From assembly GCA_963766255.1 (NCBI GenBank), contig CAVXZZ010000037.1, positions 16,960-48,959 of the forward strand: DNA of 32,000 bases, written 5' to 3'. The notes under the pieces were generated by a model that searched no databases, was not told the DNA's origin, and worked only from the letters and a program-made list of their open reading frames with translations. Source of the stretch: an uncultured delta proteobacterium (GTDB taxonomy: Bacteria; Desulfobacterota; Desulfobacteria; Desulfobacterales; JAFDCJ01). Position 1 is the first letter of the stretch. Every line of letters starts with the position of its first letter. Shown one piece after another: positions 26,277-32,000 of this stretch. Position numbers and translations under genes: made by a program.

Positions 26277-28217
26277 TCACACCAAATGTGACGGCTCATT
26301 CTCAAGGCCGAGGGCTTCGAGGGTCTCCGGTTTCGGAACACCGTTTTTATCCAGGCCCTGATGCCCATATAATTCATCCACCATCTTGACAAATTTTTTC
26401 TTATCAATCGTTGTCCCGATAACATCAAGGGCACCCCTTCTGCAGGGTTCATCGAAATAACGGTGGTTGAGCATATCGCCTTTTTCCAAATCATTTCTTT
26501 TCAGCCCTTCCCTCAGATTGAAAAGCCTTTCGATCATATTGCAACGTCGGGCCACTTCCCAGATTTCCTCGGGGGTCATTTCGATGCCGGTATTTAAATA
26601 CAGGACTTTGGACCACTCTTCAAAAGTCGGCAGGGTGACACCCAGAAAAACCGTATGATATTTACAGATACCCAGGCTATCGACTCCCATATACAGGTTT
26701 TCCTGCCAGAATACCTGCCAGGGTTTACCGATGTATTCCGTATGCTCGGAGCTCAACGGCCCGTCATAGGCGACCGGGTTGCTGTAGATCTTTCTTAAAA
26801 CCTCTTCGGGTAAGTGATAAAGATCAATGGCCGGCCGGCTTCTCAAATGATCCGAACCTCTGGATGCCGTGGCGACGTTGAGTGCCAGCGCAGGGGTGGC
26901 TCTTTCATCCGAATGCAGATTGCTCATCCCTTTGACCTGGACGAGATAATCAAATGATTTTTTGCCAATCTTCTTGGAGGCCGGAATGCCGCCATCGGCA
27001 AGGGCATCTCCGATAAAGCCTTTGCGGTAAGCGATCCGTTCGATCATCTCAAGGACGGCCTCGTCATTGCCCCAGCTTAAATCCAGTCCATCGGTCTCCT
27101 TGTCGGTGATAATGCCCAACTCGTAGAGCTCCATGGCCCAGGAAATCAGGCTGCCGGTTTCAAGATTATCCATCCCGTACTGATCGACCAGGTGATTGCC
27201 GGTGAGAACCGTCGTTGACCGCGGGGTATCTGTTTCCGCCCCGAAAGCACCCAGCGAAGTGTACTCCGGCCCTTCGTCATATCTTCCCGCCAGGGGACCA
27301 TCCGGAATTTTATACTGGGCCCGGCAATGCACCTGACAGCCAAAGCAGCCCGTCATATGATAGGGCCCCATGGTCTCTTCACAAATTTCATCGATGCGCT
27401 CGGGCTCGATATCATCGGAATATTCACACTGGTTGTACTGGAAATTACGGGTTCTAACACCGCCCCAGGAATTCGTGGCACCCCAGATAAAGGGAGTTCC
27501 CAGGGTTCCCTGGGTTTGACTTACCTTGGCGCTGGTGATCTGGGAGATGAAGCTTTTGTTGTATTCCAGGGCCTCGACCGGGTGAGCGATCTGGATATCC
27601 ATGGTGCCACGGGCCGAGACGGCCTTGAGGTTTTTAGATCCCATGACACACCCCATGCCGGTACGGCCGGCGGCATTTTTTACCCCGGTCATCACATTGG
27701 CAAACCGCACCAGGTTCTCACCGGCCGGTCCGCATACGCAGCTTTTGATTTCCTCATCCCCCATCTCCTGCCGGATGGCCCACTGGGCATCGGTGACGGA
27801 TTGCCCCCAGATACCGCGGGCATCCCGAATCTCGATCTCGCCGTTGTTGATGTAAATATAAGAGGGATTTTTGGCCTTGCCTTTAATGACAAGGTGGTGA
27901 AACCCGGCCCAGGCCAATTCGGGGGCGAAAAAGCCACCCATATTGGCGCTGCCGAGCATATTGGTCAGGGGCGATTTGGCCATGACGTGCGTTCTTGCGG
28001 TAGCAGAAGCACAGGTGGCCGTCAGGATACCCGCACTGATAATAAGGGCATTGTCCGGCCCCAGGGGATCACAGCCTTTTTTTGTGTGGTTGTAAAGTAG
28101 ATATGCATCCAGACCCCGGCCGCCCAAAAATTTCTTTCTGACCTCGAGCGGGATAGCTTTTGTCTGGATATCACCGGTGGTAAGATCGATATATGCTATC
28201 TTCCTGTTTAAAGCCAT
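26277..28217 (-). CDS. Aldehyde:ferredoxin oxidoreductase family tungsten enzyme
   Basis: 646 aa: IAYIDLTTGDIQTKAIPLEVRKKFLGGRGLDAYLLY, GPDNALIISAGILTAT, ARTHVMAKSPLTNMLGSANMGGFFAPELAWAGF, GPAGENLVRFA, GRTGMGCVMGSKNLKAV, CFGCQVHCRAQY. Confidence 0.92.
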   Translation of the reverse strand: MALNRKIAYIDLTTGDIQTKAIPLEVRKKFLGGRGLDAYLLYNHTKKGCDPLGPDNALIISAGILTATCASATARTHVMAKSPLTNMLGSANMGGFFAPELAWAGFHHLVIKGKAKNPSYIYINNGEIEIRDARGIWGQSVTDAQWAIRQEMGDEEIKSCVCGPAGENLVRFANVMTGVKNAAGRTGMGCVMGSKNLKAVSARGTMDIQIAHPVEALEYNKSFISQITSAKVSQTQGTLGTPFIWGATNSWGGVRTRNFQYNQCEYSDDIEPERIDEICEETMGPYHMTGCFGCQVHCRAQYKIPDGPLAGRYDEGPEYTSLGAFGAETDTPRSTTVLTGNHLVDQYGMDNLETGSLISWAMELYELGIITDKETDGLDLSWGNDEAVLEMIERIAYRKGFIGDALADGGIPASKKIGKKSFDYLVQVKGMSNLHSDERATPALALNVATASRGSDHLRSRPAIDLYHLPEEVLRKIYSNPVAYDGPLSSEHTEYIGKPWQVFWQENLYMGVDSLGICKYHTVFLGVTLPTFEEWSKVLYLNTGIEMTPEEIWEVARRCNMIERLFNLREGLKRNDLEKGDMLNHRYFDEPCRRGALDVIGTTIDKKKFVKMVDELYGHQGLDKNGVPKPETLEALGLENEPSHLV

Positions 28218-28218
28218 A

Positions 28219-28479
28219 TCACAGTACTCCCTTCTCTTTTAATTTTTCTTCCGCCAATTTGCGGTTTACATCCCAAACCGGTCCCCGAATGCGGGGCAAG
28301 GTGGGATTGACCCAGTGAACCCGGTATTCCATGCCGCAGGTCGGGCATTTGGCGGTCTTATCACCCTTGCCCGGCTCAATTCGTTCCATGCAGCTGGGAT
28401 TATGGCATCTAAACTTACCATAGGTCCGCTTTTTGAGCAGGCTTGCGGATGTTGACTGGCCTTTTTTCTTGGTTGCCAT
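28219..28479 (-). CDS. Small zinc-ribbon-like protein next to AOR
   Basis: FRCHNPSCMERIEPGKGDKTAKCPTCGMEYRVHWVNP; ORF abuts the AOR start (28217/28219). Confidence 0.6.
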   Translation of the reverse strand: MATKKKGQSTSASLLKKRTYGKFRCHNPSCMERIEPGKGDKTAKCPTCGMEYRVHWVNPTLPRIRGPVWDVNRKLAEEKLKEKGVL

Positions 28480-28680
28480 GATCGCCTCCTTTATGTCTTT
28501 TATCTTCGCTGAGGTTCATTATCCTGAACTTTTTAATCAACCATTTTCATACCACGACAAACCCCACAGATCAAGAGAAAATATCTGTTTTAGTTATTTT
28601 TAAGGCAAATTTTACGATTATACTTATATTTTTCAACCGCTGATTAGAATGTTATTTGGTTGGGAGAAGTCTATAATCAT

Positions 28681-28710
28681 CAAGTTTGTTCATCTGAATG
28701 AACAAACTTG
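28681..28710. promoter_or_regulatory. Perfect 13-bp-arm palindrome in the AOR/iclR divergent intergenic region (candidate operator)
   Basis: CAAGTTTGTTCAT-CTGA-ATGAACAAACTTG. Confidence 0.5.
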
Positions 28711-28949
28711 CTTGGTTGCATCAAAATCCGTAAACAGAATGGCTTTTTCAATCTATTCTGTTCATTATTATGAATTAATTTTTTGTACGATCTAATTCTT
28801 AATTTATGATTCAGTGCTAAAATGGATATTCATTTTCCCTGGAATTTAAACCTAACCTATTAATTTTAAGCAGAATTTAAAAGGTTATTGACAAATCCGG
28901 GCATGGATTATATCCTTCAAAAAAAAGTTTATAATGGTGAACGCTAATT

Positions 28950-29723
28950 ATGAAAAAGTATGGAGCACCTTCGGTAAAAAAGGCCTTTGCAATTCTTAGC
29001 GCCATTTCGTCATCCAAAGACGGGATGGGCGTCAGCGATCTGGCAAAGAAACTCAAAATGGCCAAAAGCACGGTCCATGGCATGACCTCGGCCCTGGAAG
29101 AGCTGGGTGCTGTCATGCGATACCCTTTGACAAAAAAGTATAAGCTGGGCTTTGCCCTTCTTGAAATCGGCCGCTCGGCCTATTCCCAGATCGATCTGCA
29201 AACTTCGGCCAGACCGGTCACCGAAGAACTGATGGAAAAAACACAGACCTCGGTTTTTTTGGGCATTTTGAACTGGGACCAGGTGACCATCCTGGACATC
29301 GTTGAAGCGCGAGGGGATCTTAATATTACCGCCCCGGTAGGATCAACCATCCCGCTGTTCGCCGGAGCTGCCGGCAAAGTCTTTCTGGCATCCATGCCCG
29401 ATGAACAGGCGGAAAAAATAGTCCAATCAAAAGGGCTGCCGCAATTTACCGACAATTCCATTGTGGACCCGCAAATGTATTTCAATGAATTGAGGCAGGT
29501 CAGAGAAAAAGGCTATGCCGTCGATGACGAGGAATACATCATGGGTGTCAGGGCGGTGGCATCACCATTGATCGGATTGGGGCAATTGCGGTCAGCCATC
29601 TGGGCGGTGGGGTTCAAGGCCAGTTTGGATGAGAAAAAGATGCAGGTGCTTACCAGGGAAACCCATTTGGCGGCCCAAACAATCAGCCGGCGGATTCAAG
29701 ATCAACTCCTTGGCAAACAATAG
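28950..29723 (+). CDS. IclR-family transcriptional regulator
   Basis: VKKAFAILSAISSSKDGMGVSDLAKKLKMAKSTVHGMTSALEELGAV...KYKLGFALLEIGRSAY; effector domain with GRLRSAIWAVGF-like block. Confidence 0.93.
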   Translation: MKKYGAPSVKKAFAILSAISSSKDGMGVSDLAKKLKMAKSTVHGMTSALEELGAVMRYPLTKKYKLGFALLEIGRSAYSQIDLQTSARPVTEELMEKTQTSVFLGILNWDQVTILDIVEARGDLNITAPVGSTIPLFAGAAGKVFLASMPDEQAEKIVQSKGLPQFTDNSIVDPQMYFNELRQVREKGYAVDDEEYIMGVRAVASPLIGLGQLRSAIWAVGFKASLDEKKMQVLTRETHLAAQTISRRIQDQLLGKQ

Positions 29724-29815
29724 AACCCAGCCGAATTAATTCAATAATACCTCGAAGCAAAAATAAGTCACTTTTCGATTTTCTAATATAGCCTTACACT
29801 GGTGGGATAAATATC

Positions 29816-30238
29816 ATGCATAAACATATTATATTCGTTCTAATAATAGCCGCCGCACTGTCGTGCGGACGAAATGAGCCGCTGAGAACTTACGAGCCCA
29901 AATCCCCCCAGGAACAAGCACTGAAAAGCGTTTTGTTAGATTTTCAAGATGGCGTAAACAAACGGGATTCCAAAAAAATTGAAAACCTTATCCACGAAAA
30001 CGCTTCGCTAATGACCGGCAGGGATCGAAAGATACTTTCCAAGACTGAGTATACTAAAATTCTTCCTAAAAGACTTGCTGAAAATCCTTCTATCGCGTTG
30101 GGAATCCCCAAGATAAAAGTTTCCGGCGATGCAGCTGAAGTAAAAATTTATATGACACGTGGCAACTATAATGGACTAATTGTTTACAATATGAAATCAG
30201 AAAACAACAAATGGTATATTCGAAGCTGGAAATATTGA
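29816..30238 (+). CDS. Hypothetical lipoprotein
   Basis: MHKHIIFVLIIAAALSCGRNEP: lipobox-like LSC; no family recognised. Confidence 0.5.
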   Translation: MHKHIIFVLIIAAALSCGRNEPLRTYEPKSPQEQALKSVLLDFQDGVNKRDSKKIENLIHENASLMTGRDRKILSKTEYTKILPKRLAENPSIALGIPKIKVSGDAAEVKIYMTRGNYNGLIVYNMKSENNKWYIRSWKY

Positions 30239-30253
30239 TATAGGGAAGGCGCT

Positions 30254-30814
30254 TTGCCAACAATCATAACCCATTCAGTCGTTGCTGGTTCCGCGGCGTA
30301 TGGCTTTCGCCCCGGAAAGGAATCCTTGAAATTCTGGATTTTGAGCATCCTATGTTCGAGCCTTCCGGACGCAGATGTCATCGGCTACCGCTGGTTTTAC
30401 ATATCGTCCTATGAATTGTTCGGGCATAGAGGTTTCTTTCACTCTCCAGTTTTTGCAATACTGCTCAGTATCGTAATAGTTTGCATTTTTTATCGAAAAG
30501 AAGCGTGTTTTTCAAATAGGTGGTGGAAATATTTTCTCTATTTTTTTCTTCTCACTGCCAGCCACGGACTGCTGGATGCTCTTACCAATGGTGGCAACGG
30601 AATTGCCCTGCTATCACCGTTTACCAATGAAAGGTATTTTTTCCCGTGGACGCCCATCGAAGTCTCGCCTCTGAGTATTAAAGGATTTTTAAGCCAACGC
30701 GGTTTCACGGTTCTAAAAAGTGAACTGGTATGGTTATGGGTGCCTTGCCTTTTGATCGTTCTTCTGTTGGGAATAAAACGCAGGAGTTCTAAAGCTCACC
30801 GTATTAGGAATTAA
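30254..30814 (+). CDS. Membrane-bound metal-dependent hydrolase, YdjM-like
   Basis: MPTIITHSVVAGSAAYG...ILCSSLPDADVIGYRWFY...LFGHRGFFHSPVFAILLS...TASHGLLDALTNGGNGIALLSPFTNERYFFPW. Confidence 0.82.
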   Translation: MPTIITHSVVAGSAAYGFRPGKESLKFWILSILCSSLPDADVIGYRWFYISSYELFGHRGFFHSPVFAILLSIVIVCIFYRKEACFSNRWWKYFLYFFLLTASHGLLDALTNGGNGIALLSPFTNERYFFPWTPIEVSPLSIKGFLSQRGFTVLKSELVWLWVPCLLIVLLLGIKRRSSKAHRIRN

Positions 30815-30946
30815 GAGATTCAGGAATTTAGAAATTCTGGTATCGGAGAATTAAATCTGCAGATGACAAATAATTCCTAAATGCCCGGTACGGTGATTCC
30901 CTAATTAAAAGATAGCTGAAACTTGATATGAAATGCCTTTAAATAA

Positions 30947-32000
30947 CTACTCACCGTGAAAAACTAATGACTTTACCGTAACCGGAAACACCTGATCACC
31001 TACCAGGGGCTCGCCTATGTCAATCCAATCGCCTTCTTTCAGCTTCAGCTCGTCAAGTGACAGTAAATTTGTTTTGACCTGGGTTTCGCGACGAATGACA
31101 TTTCCCACACTGCATGCAATGTCCGTTTCAAAGATCAAAATGACGGGCAGGTTGTTCTTAATCGTGCTGGCAAGCGCCGCTTCAATGGATTTGGCAAACA
31201 GCTCCATCTGCGGATAAGAAACCCGGACGGGATCCTTGAAATATAAGGCAATAATTTCATCGCCTTCCTCCAGATCAAATCGCTGGAAGGAGGTATTTAT
31301 CTGGGATATCACATGCTCAAAACTTAATTGGGCTTGATCGACATCCACCCGTATGACGGGAACATTCCTGATTGGAAACGATACCTTGTCATCCCTGAAA
31401 CCCGAGCAACCGGAAATTGACAATGAATAAGCACCCGCACCAATGACGGTTGCCCTGATCTTATTGGGCAGCTCAATGACGGGGGCGGATAATTCTAGAG
31501 CCGACAATTTTATTTTATCGGCCAAGAGGTGCCCGATATCGTCAAAATTGTTCAATCCCCCATACATCAATTCAGCCACGCCCCCTGAAAAAGAATATTC
31601 ATCTATGCGGCCCGGGAAATTGAGGTCGGCCGTCTGCATGAGCTGCCGGGCCAGCGGGGAACTAGCGGGACCCGTCATGACCTCAAGCAATATGTCAGCA
31701 AATTTTCCAGCGATTCTTTCGATATCAGCTTTGGAGATGCGGTCTCCGACTTGATGCTTCAATCCAAGATCTGCCATCACCGTTTTTGCCGGCTCGTCCA
31801 TGCGCCAGATTTTTCTTTTCGAATCGATGCCCAGCAAGCGGCCCCCGACCGATACGCAACTGGTCGATAGCGTCTCACCATTTCTGGATATGGCGATATT
31901 GGAGGTTCCACCGCCGATATCGCAGGATAATATGGTTTTGTTTTCATTCTTTGAGCGGGCTGCCGCTCCCGAGCCCATGGCGGCTATTAAACTCTCGAAA
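30947..32000 (-). CDS. eutA: Ethanolamine ammonia-lyase reactivating factor EutA-like protein, truncated by window edge
   Basis: KTILSCDIGGGTSNIAISRNGETLSTSCVSVGGRLL...GAGAYSLSISGCSGF...; frame stays open (FESLIAAMGSG...) to position 32000. Confidence 0.72.
   Translation of the reverse strand, partial: FESLIAAMGSGAAARSKNENKTILSCDIGGGTSNIAISRNGETLSTSCVSVGGRLLGIDSKRKIWRMDEPAKTVMADLGLKHQVGDRISKADIERIAGKFADILLEVMTGPASSPLARQLMQTADLNFPGRIDEYSFSGGVAELMYGGLNNFDDIGHLLADKIKLSALELSAPVIELPNKIRATVIGAGAYSLSISGCSGFRDDKVSFPIRNVPVIRVDVDQAQLSFEHVISQINTSFQRFDLEEGDEIIALYFKDPVRVSYPQMELFAKSIEAALASTIKNNLPVILIFETDIACSVGNVIRRETQVKTNLLSLDELKLKEGDWIDIGEPLVGDQVFPVTVKSLVFHGE

Noticed and set aside
27327-28100. Plus-strand ORF (257 aa) opposite AOR
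   Set aside because: Antisense to highly conserved AOR N-terminus.
1-32000. CRISPR arrays, retron-like or phage defence systems, rRNA/tRNA genes
   Set aside because: No regularly spaced identical repeats, cas or reverse-transcriptase-like ORFs, or recognisable tRNA/rRNA sequences were seen on reading the window.

Overview
The window looks like a chromosomal segment from an anaerobic, sulfate-reducer-like Desulfobacterota genome; the taxon is inferred from gene content only. The main feature (about 3.4-18.8 kb) is a catabolic-looking cluster. It encodes two separate PEP-synthase-like polypeptides resembling the PpsA (about 70 kDa) and PpsB (about 40 kDa) subunits of phenylphosphate synthase, a UbiD-family decarboxylase/carboxylase, an acyl/aryl adenylate-forming ligase, a UbiX-type flavin prenyltransferase and three divergent Tm-1-like/UPF0261 ATP-binding paralogs (one with a single-base frameshift at CCC-G). 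AraC and LysR regulators and a Phd/VapC-type toxin-antitoxin pair are also present. No PpsC-like CBS subunit was seen. Flanking content on the left: HAD phosphatase, DUF120/CTP-dependent riboflavin-kinase-like protein, methyltransferase and a decayed flavin-reductase pseudogene. On the right: HD-domain protein, a secreted Gly/Asn-rich protein, an IS element with a broken transposase next to a short element bounded by the same ends, MscL with a C-terminal zinc-ribbon-like tail, hemerythrin, a radical-SAM-like protein with a reduced Cys motif, an aldehyde:ferredoxin oxidoreductase cluster with a divergent IclR regulator, and an edge-truncated EutA-like protein. Non-coding signals include three copies of a dispersed repeat with a 12-5-12 hairpin whose stems covary, a 15-bp hairpin between the two synthase-like genes, a perfect 16-bp palindrome in the cluster leader and a perfect 13-bp-arm palindrome in the AOR/IclR divergent region. 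No CRISPR array, rRNA or tRNA was recognised. All family calls are from reading the translations; no database search was run.
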